From a virus (lineage: Duplodnaviria > Caudoviricetes), in IMG/VR virus record IMGVR_UViG_3300032295_000548, positions 64,001 to 128,000 of that record: a stretch of 64,000 nt of DNA, one strand, 5' to 3'. Below the pieces are notes generated by a model that was not told the origin of the DNA, did no database searches, and worked only from the letters and a program-made list of their open reading frames with translations. Position 1 is the stretch's first letter, and each line of letters opens with the position of its first letter. This document shows, piece by piece, positions 55,943 through 64,000 of the stretch. A program made the position numbers and the translations under genes.

Positions 55943-56443
55943 ATGAGAATTCTTACCCTTGAAAACGAATATTACAATCTGGAGACTCTTCCAGATGAAA
56001 TAGATGATTTACGATTTGCAATACTAGATAACAGTAACCCTAGCAACGTAGATTATCATTATATACCATTGATCTTTTTAGAAAGCTTTTCAGCACCTGC
56101 ATTAGTATTACGCATTGGTGATGTTACTGTTAAGATGCCAGTTGATTGGCAGATATTGATTGGTGAAAAAGATCACGGTGATTTAGAGACATTGCCCCTA
56201 ACAAGTATTAACGATAGGGGCTTTAGTGCATTTGAATTTAATCCGTTGTCTAGTTTTAGGCCTGACTTCTTGCCTATTGAAATCGTAGACATATACCATG
56301 ATGTGACTTGGTATGCTCCTCGATTGAAGAACGGACAATTTCTGTGTGTACCTATTGATGATGGTATTAAACCCAGATGCGTTTACTTTGTTAAAGAGAT
56401 TAGTAGAAACTGTGAGATTGTTGATTACGACCAGGCATTCTAA
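55943..56443 (+). CDS. Hypothetical protein
   Basis: Operon-packed ORF after the helicase. Confidence 0.7.
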   Translation: MRILTLENEYYNLETLPDEIDDLRFAILDNSNPSNVDYHYIPLIFLESFSAPALVLRIGDVTVKMPVDWQILIGEKDHGDLETLPLTSINDRGFSAFEFNPLSSFRPDFLPIEIVDIYHDVTWYAPRLKNGQFLCVPIDDGIKPRCVYFVKEISRNCEIVDYDQAF

Positions 56444-57039
56444 TGGCAACGAAAAAACCACAACTAGCAAAAGACGAAAAGTTTGAAAATGTAGACGTAG
56501 ATTTGTTTGCAGTATTAGCCGCACTCGATAACAAAGACTATGGCTTTTATGACAAACTTACCGATGAACAGAAAAAGAAAATCGTCCCATTCATGTTAAC
56601 ACATTGGATGAGCGCAATCAAAGGTAGTGAAGGATTGTCTCGCTATTACGTAATGGGCACAAATGAGTATGCTAACAAGTATCTGTTTGCCGAGTTTGTT
56701 CAAAAGCACCCCAAACTACAATGGATGATGTTGTGTAGTGCAAGCCCCGGGTTAGGCAAACAGTTTCATCAGTGGATCCCTCATATTAGAGATCGTGTTG
56801 TCAAATACAAAGAGGCTGCAACTCTCAAAGAAGTCAAAGAATACTACACAAAGATTTATCCTAAGGCAGATACAGAAAGTATCGCTGAAGTATCTAAAGC
56901 ATATGTAGCAGAACAGAAACGTAAAATGCATCTAGGTCAAATCTATCCTCACATGAAGGTAAGTGACTTAGAAACATTAAATCAGATTGTAACAGATGAA
57001 GATATCGAACAGTACGAAAGAGACAGAGGCAATCGCTGA
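56443..57039 (+). CDS. Possible clamp-loader small subunit (gp62-like)
   Basis: PFML..WMS...AN...HPKLQW pattern recalls gp62; replication context. Confidence 0.5.
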   Translation: MATKKPQLAKDEKFENVDVDLFAVLAALDNKDYGFYDKLTDEQKKKIVPFMLTHWMSAIKGSEGLSRYYVMGTNEYANKYLFAEFVQKHPKLQWMMLCSASPGLGKQFHQWIPHIRDRVVKYKEAATLKEVKEYYTKIYPKADTESIAEVSKAYVAEQKRKMHLGQIYPHMKVSDLETLNQIVTDEDIEQYERDRGNR

Positions 57040-57715
57040 TCCCAAGTATGGTTGTGAGTTTTGTGGCCGTACTTTCCTACGTGAGTCCACTGTTCTTAAA
57101 CATATTTGTGAATACAAACATCGTTGGTTAGAAAAAGATCGTCCAGGCAATCGTTTAGCATTTCAAGCTTGGTTGCAATTTTACAAAAAGAATAGTGCAA
57201 ATAAGAAACAACGGACTTATGAAGAATTCATTAAGAGTGCGTACTATACAGCCTTTGCTAAGTTTGGTACTTATTGTGTAGATATCAATGCATTGAACGT
57301 TAGTAGATTTGCCGATTGGTTAGTAAAAAATCAAATCAAAATCGACACATGGGCAAAAGACGTAAACTATAATAAGTATTTGATTGAATATCTTAGAGTA
57401 GAAGATGCACTAGATGCAATTCATCGTAGTGTTGAAACTACCATTGAATTAGCAGAAGTAGAAACGATTCAGAGTAAAGATTACTTGCGATATGGTAACA
57501 GAAATAAAATCTGTTATGCAATCACAACAGGTAAGATTAGTCCATGGATGTTATTTCAAAGTAAGAGTGGTATTGAATTTATGGATAGTCTTGATCCCTC
57601 TCATGTTAAGATGATTATCGATTATATTGATCCTGAAAAGTGGGCACTAAAGTTTCACAGAGAACCAGAGAATGTCAGAACAGTTAAAGAGATCCTCACA
57701 GCCGGCGGGTACTAA
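56996..57715 (+). CDS. Protein with N-terminal zinc finger
   Basis: CEFCGRTF....LKHIC. Confidence 0.65.
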   Translation: MKISNSTKETEAIADPKYGCEFCGRTFLRESTVLKHICEYKHRWLEKDRPGNRLAFQAWLQFYKKNSANKKQRTYEEFIKSAYYTAFAKFGTYCVDINALNVSRFADWLVKNQIKIDTWAKDVNYNKYLIEYLRVEDALDAIHRSVETTIELAEVETIQSKDYLRYGNRNKICYAITTGKISPWMLFQSKSGIEFMDSLDPSHVKMIIDYIDPEKWALKFHREPENVRTVKEILTAGGY

Positions 57716-57896
57716 AGTGCGTATACCTTGGAAGATGGGTGATACGGTTACCGATTGGAATGAAACCTGTGCACAGGCAATAGAAATGTTTGGATTGCCG
57801 GGAGACAAATTTACTACTAAACTAACAGAGGATCATTTAGATTTCATTTTCAAAGATGAAAAAGATGCTATAATGTTTGAACTATGTTGCGGATAA
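57672..57896 (+). CDS. Array paralogue 1
   Basis: FIFKDEKDAIMFEL. Confidence 0.6.
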   Translation: MSEQLKRSSQPAGTKVRIPWKMGDTVTDWNETCAQAIEMFGLPGDKFTTKLTEDHLDFIFKDEKDAIMFELCCG

Positions 57897-58300
57897 AAGC
57901 TAGAATACGTAAATGGAAAGCTGAACGAAAGCTTGAAAAAAGTGGTTACCACACATGGTCACGTTATCGACACAACAGGGATCCTGACGTAGCAAGGTAT
58001 GCTGATGATGTAGGTAGTTTCTATGAGAAGTATCCCTACGTATGTTCCTTTAAGGATTACAGTCATTACGCATTCCAATGTATTTGTGACAATGGACCGT
58101 TTGGTGATATCTATGGATACGATGAAATGAGATTGTGGTGTGAAGATAAGATTCGATGGAACTACCGCTTAGACATTCATAGAGTCTGGGAAGATGATTA
58201 CGGTAAAGCAAAATTCGATGATGTTGGTGGTCGAGATATAATCTACTTTGCCTTCAAGAACGAAAAAGACTTAACATATTTCTTGTTAAGATGGTCATGA
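57884..58300 (+). CDS. Array paralogue 2
   Basis: WC; FAFKNEKDLTYFLLRWS. Confidence 0.7.
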   Translation: MLRIKARIRKWKAERKLEKSGYHTWSRYRHNRDPDVARYADDVGSFYEKYPYVCSFKDYSHYAFQCICDNGPFGDIYGYDEMRLWCEDKIRWNYRLDIHRVWEDDYGKAKFDDVGGRDIIYFAFKNEKDLTYFLLRWS

Positions 58301-58527
58301 AACAGAATGAGTATAGACATTTAGGTCATGAAGTTCTCATTCATAAAGACAATCATGTACCAGCCGGACAATGGTGCGAAGAACAACTCGGAAAACGTTG
58401 GGACGCTATTGGCTATAGGTCTGGACGGTGGTGTATGTTCTGGGCAGGTAGAAATAATTTTGACAAGTATAGATTCTGTTTTGCCACTGAACATGATATG
58501 ATGTGGTTTAAGCTGAGGTGGTCATGA
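58297..58527 (+). CDS. Array paralogue 3
   Basis: WC; FCFATEHDMMWFKLRWS. Confidence 0.7.
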   Translation: MKQNEYRHLGHEVLIHKDNHVPAGQWCEEQLGKRWDAIGYRSGRWCMFWAGRNNFDKYRFCFATEHDMMWFKLRWS

Positions 58528-58733
58528 AGATAGTAGTAAATGTTGATAACTCAACTGAAGTATGGGCACTGCTTGAAAAACTAAAAGAAAAAAATTTGTA
58601 CGTGAACAAGGACTTTACTTTTAGGTACATTCCACCTCAGTGTGATGAAGGTTGGGAAAAAATCCAACGAAAATGTGTAATATTTGATTTTGTTGACGGA
58701 AAGAATGCCACATGGTTCTCTCTGATAATATGA
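58524..58733 (+). CDS. Array paralogue 4
   Basis: FDFVDGKNATWFSL. Confidence 0.65.
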   Translation: MKIVVNVDNSTEVWALLEKLKEKNLYVNKDFTFRYIPPQCDEGWEKIQRKCVIFDFVDGKNATWFSLII

Positions 58734-58972
58734 AATCATCCCTTTATGATTGGGTAAGAGGATGGGAAGATGACCATCCATTTTGGCATACGCATGTTAT
58801 AACTGCTCAAACTGAATCAGATTTAGATAAACTACACAAAGAAGTAGTATTATGGTTGTATAAAAATATTAATAATCCAGAAAGACATTGCCGTTGGATT
58901 AGACTTGACACGAAAGTTAGTGTAAAATTCAGACATGAGAAAGATTACCTTTGGTTTACGTTGAGTTTTTAA
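58730..58972 (+). CDS. Array paralogue 5
   Basis: WL..NI; KFRHEKDYLWFTL. Confidence 0.65.
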   Translation: MKSSLYDWVRGWEDDHPFWHTHVITAQTESDLDKLHKEVVLWLYKNINNPERHCRWIRLDTKVSVKFRHEKDYLWFTLSF

Positions 58973-58973
58973 T

Positions 58974-59180
58974 ATGGTAACAATATATCTACGTGATTTT
59001 ACAAATGAACATGAAGCTTGGATCGCAAAAAATATAGGTCCAAGAATGCATTGGTTGCACAATAGCAGAGGTGGGCAAGGTTGGATAGCAAAGAGAAATG
59101 GCCGCGCCTGGACTATAACATTCGAAGATGATAGATACGCAACACTATTTGGATTGATGTTTTCAGAGGTAATAGCATGA
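58974..59180 (+). CDS. Array paralogue 6
   Basis: WI..NIG; TFEDDRYATLFGL. Confidence 0.65.
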   Translation: MVTIYLRDFTNEHEAWIAKNIGPRMHWLHNSRGGQGWIAKRNGRAWTITFEDDRYATLFGLMFSEVIA

Positions 59181-59449
59181 TTAAAGATTTAGAACAAGAA
59201 CTAGCAGAAAAGTTGAGCAACGAAATGGCAGAAGAATTTGACTGGGAACTAATATGCGATCTTCTTAAAGAAGTAGGATGGGTCAAAGTAGCTATATCTG
59301 AGCCATGGTCAAACATGACTGCATCATTTGCACATGAGATTAAAGAATGGTGCAAAGAAAATGTAAAGGGCCATTATAAAGCAAGAGGTCGTGTGTGGAT
59401 GTTTGAAAAAGCACAAGATGCTGAATGGTTTATGTTGAGGTGGTCATGA
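59177..59449 (+). CDS. Array paralogue 7
   Basis: EWCKEN; MFEKAQDAEWFMLRWS. Confidence 0.7.
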   Translation: MIKDLEQELAEKLSNEMAEEFDWELICDLLKEVGWVKVAISEPWSNMTASFAHEIKEWCKENVKGHYKARGRVWMFEKAQDAEWFMLRWS

Positions 59450-59799
59450 GTTTTAAAGTAAAAAAATTTGATGCACAAGGTGTTACTTATATGGTAGACT
59501 GGCCACAAACAACAGAGATGATTAAGCATATCAAGAAAACAGACTTGTTTGAGATTATGTTTAGAACCGTTCGTAGTGACCACGCCGGACTTGCTATCAA
59601 ATTAAATAACAATGAGTATGATATTATGTGGGTGAACAGTGATATTTGGTTCAACAAGAAGAACTACACTGAATATGTACGAGATATGTACGAGATTGTT
59701 GGACTAGCGTTTAAAAACGAAATAGAAGCAGACCGTTGCGTTGAGGTAATGAGCAAAGAACTAATGTGGAGAATACTCGATGGCAATTACACCGTTTGA
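59446..59799 (+). CDS. Array paralogue 8 (divergent)
   Basis: LAFKNEIEA. Confidence 0.55.
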   Translation: MSFKVKKFDAQGVTYMVDWPQTTEMIKHIKKTDLFEIMFRTVRSDHAGLAIKLNNNEYDIMWVNSDIWFNKKNYTEYVRDMYEIVGLAFKNEIEADRCVEVMSKELMWRILDGNYTV

Positions 59800-60028
59800 T
59801 ACAATAGCACCTTATATAGAATTTGTTGAATACAAATGTTTGAACCCGCGTGATTCTAATAAAGTCATCTTTCGATGCTCCGGCGATCCTACAACTATCA
59901 TTAAGTGGTGTCGCAGAAACTTTGGTAACAGGGGTGATGGATGGGATTTTTCAGGATCGGGTAAAACATTAGATATTACAATATGGTCTACAAAACTGAT
60001 AACTATGTATGAATTATGGCAGAACTAA
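59780..60028 (+). CDS. Array paralogue 9 (divergent)
   Basis: KWCRRNFG.RG..W; MYELW. Confidence 0.6.
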   Translation: MAITPFDTIAPYIEFVEYKCLNPRDSNKVIFRCSGDPTTIIKWCRRNFGNRGDGWDFSGSGKTLDITIWSTKLITMYELWQN

Positions 60029-60714
60029 CAAACGGACAGGGATATGATGTAGCTATCAGTTATATTCCAGAGAAACTAATTGATGCAGTTGTAGCAAAGC
60101 TTGACATACTACAACCAGTACGTGCAAGTAGCGCAAATCGCACATATGCCGAGCGTGAACAGATTAAAGACTTACCTGATATCAGCGTCTGGTGGAGTCA
60201 AATGGTTATGGATTGGCCCGAAGTCATAGAAATTGAATCGATGGTAAGTGAATTGATTAAGCCACAACTACCACTAGCTGACTGGTATGCTAGTGACATT
60301 GTAGTTATTGAAGGGCATAGCAATTGGGTCAACCCTCATGTAGATACACCACATCGTTTTAAGAAATACAACTATGACAAACGACTATTGGGTGTGCAAG
60401 CAATCGTATCATTATTTGATTTGGATAAGTCTAGGGGTGTTACTGGTATAGTACCGGGAAGTCAGAAGCAAGATCACAATATCAACTTGTGCTATCAGGG
60501 CTTTTATAATTCAATGTTTTTGAAAAAGTGTGTTCAGCCTACTTTACCCAAAGGTAGTGTTCTCTACTATAACTGTAGAGTATTGCACTCCAGTATGCCC
60601 AATTCACATGACCAATCTCGCCAGGCTCTATTGTTTAATTATTTAGATCGTAGTATAATTGATGATATCCGAACTATGGATAACATATGGAAAAGCAATA
60701 AAGATGGCGAATGA
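60016..60714 (+). CDS. PhyH-like 2OG-Fe(II) dioxygenase
   Basis: PHVD, VPGS, GSVL....VLH...N.....R. Confidence 0.85.
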   Translation: MAELTNGQGYDVAISYIPEKLIDAVVAKLDILQPVRASSANRTYAEREQIKDLPDISVWWSQMVMDWPEVIEIESMVSELIKPQLPLADWYASDIVVIEGHSNWVNPHVDTPHRFKKYNYDKRLLGVQAIVSLFDLDKSRGVTGIVPGSQKQDHNINLCYQGFYNSMFLKKCVQPTLPKGSVLYYNCRVLHSSMPNSHDQSRQALLFNYLDRSIIDDIRTMDNIWKSNKDGE

Positions 60715-61258
60715 CATTATGATTGACATTGAGAGTTTAGATACACGCCCTGATTGTGTTATCTTAACTATCGGTGCAGTACGATTTGATCCTAAAGGCA
60801 ATGGGGTAGTTGAAAGATTAGAACTACGACCTACAATCGAAGATCAAACAGAAATTTACAATAGGAGTATCAATGAAGATACATTACGGTGGTGGTCTAC
60901 ACAGAGTCCTGAGGCACTTGAAGAAGCACTGGGAGACCAAGGACGTCAACCATTTAGTGAGTGCATGGAGACCCTTTATAAGTTTTGTTGGAATCGCCGT
61001 GCTGTGTGGAGCAATGGCGCTCCATTTGACCTTGTCGTCATGGAGCATGCCTGGAGACAAGTTAGTGACAAGCCAAATCCTATACCCTGGCCATTCTGGT
61101 CAATGCGGGATACAAGAACATTGTGGGATATCGCAGGAGTCAAACTCAAAGACGGTGGACACGTTACTAGTCACAAAGCAGTAGAAGATGCTGAAAGACA
61201 GGCTATTGTAGTGCAAGACGCATACCGAAAATTAATTAAGGCTGGATTAATCACATGA
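60704..61258 (+). CDS. DEDDh 3'-5' exonuclease (RNase AS / T4 DexA-like)
   Basis: IMIDIESL, WSNG..FD, RDTRT, H.A..DA. Confidence 0.85.
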   Translation: MANDIMIDIESLDTRPDCVILTIGAVRFDPKGNGVVERLELRPTIEDQTEIYNRSINEDTLRWWSTQSPEALEEALGDQGRQPFSECMETLYKFCWNRRAVWSNGAPFDLVVMEHAWRQVSDKPNPIPWPFWSMRDTRTLWDIAGVKLKDGGHVTSHKAVEDAERQAIVVQDAYRKLIKAGLIT

Positions 61259-61716
61259 AAATATATGGACAAGAATTACCCGGTGTCAAAGTTATACAAC
61301 GCAGACAGTACCCTGACAATAGAGGCAACTTTAGTGAGACATGGAAGATTACAGAAGATGGTATGAGAGGAACATATCGTCAACTTAATACTGCAAAGTC
61401 TGTTCAGTATGTAATCCGAGGCATGCATAGACAAGATCAAACTAAACTAGTGATGCCAGCAGTAGGTAAAATATTTGATGTAGCACTAGAACCTGAAACT
61501 GGTAAGTGGTTTGCTGTTGAATTAGATGAAACTAATGGTCTACTAATTCCACCGCAATATGCACATGGTTATATGGCATTGACTGAAGGTGCAATAATTC
61601 AGTACATTGTTGACATGCCATATCACAAAGAACTTGAAGAAAACTTTAAATGGGATCAGTACAATATAGAATGGCCTACTACTGTAACTCCCATACTATC
61701 GGAGAAAGATAAATGA
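61255..61716 (+). CDS. rmlC: dTDP-4-dehydrorhamnose 3,5-epimerase-like
   Basis: DNRG.F.E, RGMH.Q, AHGY, WP...LS.KD. Confidence 0.88.
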   Translation: MKIYGQELPGVKVIQRRQYPDNRGNFSETWKITEDGMRGTYRQLNTAKSVQYVIRGMHRQDQTKLVMPAVGKIFDVALEPETGKWFAVELDETNGLLIPPQYAHGYMALTEGAIIQYIVDMPYHKELEENFKWDQYNIEWPTTVTPILSEKDK

Positions 61717-62198
61717 AAATAGGATTTAATTGCAGTAGTTTTGACTTGTTACATGCAGGTCATGTAACTATGCTAAAGATGGAAAAACAATTGTGCGACT
61801 ACTTAATTGTTGCATTACAAATTGACCCTACCATTGACAGACCCGGTGTCAAAAACAAACCCATTCAAAGTGCATATGAACGCTATGTTCAATTACAGGC
61901 TTGCAAGTATGTAGATGAAATTCTTATCTACGAAACTGAATATGACCTGCTTCAATTGCTAATGACACAGAAGATTGACATTCGATTCCTCAGCGATGAA
62001 TACTTGAATAGAGACTTCACCGGTAAACAATGGTGCATGAACAACGGGGTCGAGTTACATTATCATAAACGTAATCATGATTATAGTTCAAGTGAACTCA
62101 GAGCCAGAACTGCTAGACTTGAACGACTAAAGGGTGTAGAATCAATTGATGAGGAACCCCCACAGTATTCACCTGATCTGGTAAAGAAACATTCATGA
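61713..62198 (+). CDS. Cytidylyltransferase (TagD/RfaE-II-like)
   Basis: FDLLHAGH, YVDEI, YSSS.LR. Confidence 0.9.
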   Translation: MKIGFNCSSFDLLHAGHVTMLKMEKQLCDYLIVALQIDPTIDRPGVKNKPIQSAYERYVQLQACKYVDEILIYETEYDLLQLLMTQKIDIRFLSDEYLNRDFTGKQWCMNNGVELHYHKRNHDYSSSELRARTARLERLKGVESIDEEPPQYSPDLVKKHS

Positions 62199-62776
62199 AA
62201 TTCAACAGTGACATTGACATTGACTTTGGAGATAGAGAAAAAGTATTGTCTCTGATCGACCATATTCCAGCCGCGATGCGTAAGGTTAGTCCTATGCGTA
62301 AACACGCTACTGGTGTCCATGTCACCGAAATACCTTACGATCCTGTATATGGTATGTCTAGTTTAGATTATGCAGATGCAGAAAAACGAGGGTATTTAAA
62401 ACTAGACTTATTGAACGTGCATGTCTATAATATGGTTCGTGATGAACAGCATCTCATTGAGTTGATGCGAGAACCTGATTGGTCTAAATTAAAAAATAAA
62501 GACTTTGTTGAGAAGTTGATTCATTTGGGCAATCAATATAGCACACTAAGATCGATGCCAGAACCAATTGATAGTATCCCTAGACTAGCTATGTTCTTAG
62601 CTATTATTAGACCAGGTAAAAAACATTTGATCGGGAAGAGTTGGAAAGATGTAGCAAAAACAGTGTGGGATAAGGGAAGTGACGGATATACGTTTAAAAA
62701 GAGTCATGCAATTGCCTACTCACATTTAGTAGTAGTTCACATGAATTTACTAGAAGAAGTTATGGTAATCGTTTAA
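62195..62776 (+). CDS. Minimal DNA polymerase III alpha (DnaE)-like protein
   Basis: DIDIDF, KHATGV, KLDLL, IRPG, YTFKKSHAIAY, all within 193 aa. Confidence 0.85.
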   Translation: MKFNSDIDIDFGDREKVLSLIDHIPAAMRKVSPMRKHATGVHVTEIPYDPVYGMSSLDYADAEKRGYLKLDLLNVHVYNMVRDEQHLIELMREPDWSKLKNKDFVEKLIHLGNQYSTLRSMPEPIDSIPRLAMFLAIIRPGKKHLIGKSWKDVAKTVWDKGSDGYTFKKSHAIAYSHLVVVHMNLLEEVMVIV

Positions 62777-63140
62777 CTAACGTAATACTGCGTCTTTTTG
62801 ACCTACGTTTATGAAGTTCATTCATACTAGTAATAGGTCCATGTAATACAGCTAAGTTCTTATTTGTAAACGTTCTTAGATACGGCTTAAAAATAGCCCA
62901 ATCTTCTTTGAGAAACAGGTTAATGGGAATCAGTCTATTTGATTCCCACCACCATATGTCTCCTAATTCTAAAAATCTAGCCCTAGCTTCTGATTCTATG
63001 ATAGCGCCGTAATCATAGATTGTGGTAACCACATCATCCCTGTTCTGTATGATACCTACATAATCTTGGTTAGCATATGAACACACCGTTATGAATGGAT
63101 GATTCTCGCTAAGTTTTCTGAAAAACTCGTTTTGTGCCAT
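62760..63140 (-). CDS. Hypothetical protein (minus strand; mislabelled + in the track)
   Basis: Reverse complement of 63121-63140 reads ATGGCACAAAACGAG (MAQNE); stop TAA at 62762-62760; reverse TAAATA at 63163-63168. Confidence 0.8.
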   Translation of the reverse strand: MAQNEFFRKLSENHPFITVCSYANQDYVGIIQNRDDVVTTIYDYGAIIESEARARFLELGDIWWWESNRLIPINLFLKEDWAIFKPYLRTFTNKNLAVLHGPITSMNELHKRRSKRRSITLVKRLP

Positions 63141-63232
63141 TTATTCTTTTCAACAATGATTATATTTACTACCGGTCGCCCGAAGTTAATATTTTAATAT
63201 TTAGGAGCTAAATACACTAAAGGACCTCATCT

Positions 63233-64000
63233 GTGTATTCTACCCCAGTTTTCATTTATACCCAACGACAGATTGTTGTACTACTTTCCGGCAATTCAGC
63301 GAGGAGATATATGCCTGTATACGCAAAACCATTAACATTGCACAAAGGAGTTGATAACCAAATTCAATTCCAATTCTTGAACCAAGAACAAAAACCCGTT
63401 GATATTACGGGCAAGGAGATATCCTGCAGAATTATCAGCTACGATGGTTCAGAAGTTTTATTACGCAAAGCACTAACACCTACATTGGCGCTTAACGGCT
63501 TGGCGGTATTGACACTAAATGCATCAGACATTGAAGACATTCCTGCACAACAAGCACACTATTCATTAGAAATTCCAGTAGGACAATTTGGATTCCCAGT
63601 ATTCGTAGATCAAAACGCGGGCGCCCGTGGGGATATGAACATAGTTAATTCAGTACTTCCAGCATTCATACCTTCAGCAAACGTAACCATCCCCACAGGG
63701 CAACCGTTCCCCAATATTGATTCTAACAATAGCATAGCAAACGTTTTACCAAACGCAAACACATATTATTCTAGTGTAATTAGTACAGAGAACAATCCAG
63801 TGTTGACGTTACAAACTTCCTTCTACCAATACAATGGTGATGTAACCGTGGAAGGATCGACTATTGTTGACAATGATTGGTACCCAATCACAACTGCGAC
63901 GTACTCAAACAACAGCACAACCCAAGGATATGTCATTGAAGGATATCACCCATATGTTAGAATGACATTCACTAGCAATACGGGCGCAATCACAAACATC
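63233..64000 (+). CDS. Probable virion structural protein, 3'-truncated (not in ORF track)
   Basis: TAAATA at 63209 and AAGGA SD; GTG start; open frame VYSTPVFIY..LHKGVDNQIQF..NQEQKPVDITG to the window end; beta-rich, Asn/Thr-rich. Confidence 0.7.
   Translation, partial: MYSTPVFIYTQRQIVVLLSGNSARRYMPVYAKPLTLHKGVDNQIQFQFLNQEQKPVDITGKEISCRIISYDGSEVLLRKALTPTLALNGLAVLTLNASDIEDIPAQQAHYSLEIPVGQFGFPVFVDQNAGARGDMNIVNSVLPAFIPSANVTIPTGQPFPNIDSNNSIANVLPNANTYYSSVISTENNPVLTLQTSFYQYNGDVTVEGSTIVDNDWYPITTATYSNNSTTQGYVIEGYHPYVRMTFTSNTGAITNI

Noticed and set aside
62760-63140. ORF track labels this ORF as + strand
   Set aside because: The listed protein (MAQNEF...KRLP) is encoded by the reverse complement: CAT at 63138-63140 and TTA at 62760-62762. 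Annotated on the - strand.
1-64000. Stop-codon reassignment, introns or inteins
   Set aside because: Standard-code ORFs tile the window densely, and terL, uvsX, uvsW and thyA are of normal length without insertions.

Overview
This 64 kb window comes from a large AT-rich lytic dsDNA phage (T4-related or jumbo-phage-like Caudoviricetes) using the standard genetic code, with almost all genes on the + strand. The host is probably a Gram-negative proteobacterium, inferred from the porin, spanins and tmRNA tag. Layout: (1) 1-27.2 kb is a large glycan biosynthesis/tailoring island. It has two B12-radical-SAM enzymes, two SGNH-like proteins, seven copies of a GT-like domain, a UDP-sugar dehydrogenase/GT/methyltransferase fusion, a PLP aminotransferase, an amidinotransferase, a carbamoyltransferase and a 2713-aa tandem-repeat protein. 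(2) 27.2-29 kb holds small envelope genes, a circularly permuted two-piece tmRNA whose intervening segment carries a small hydrophobic ORF, and a porin. (3) 29-34 kb and 50.7-53.3 kb are early gene cassettes, each headed by a repeated TTGACAATAAAT-N-TATAAT promoter, including a MoxR AAA / zincin-vWA pair. (4) 35-46 kb has DHFR, thyA, sugar enzymes, spanins, structural genes and the terminase large subunit. (5) 46.6-57.7 kb has SSB (gp32), UvsX, UvsY, UvsW and a clamp-loader-like gene. (6) 57.7-60 kb is a tandem array of short paralogues ending in F..E.D..F.LRWS. (7) 60-64 kb has a 2OG dioxygenase, an exonuclease, RmlC, a cytidylyltransferase, a 193-aa minimal DnaE and a truncated structural gene. 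All calls come from reading motifs by eye; no database search was run. One ORF in the supplied track (62760..63140) is labelled + but lies on the - strand, and several short ORFs missing from the track were added.
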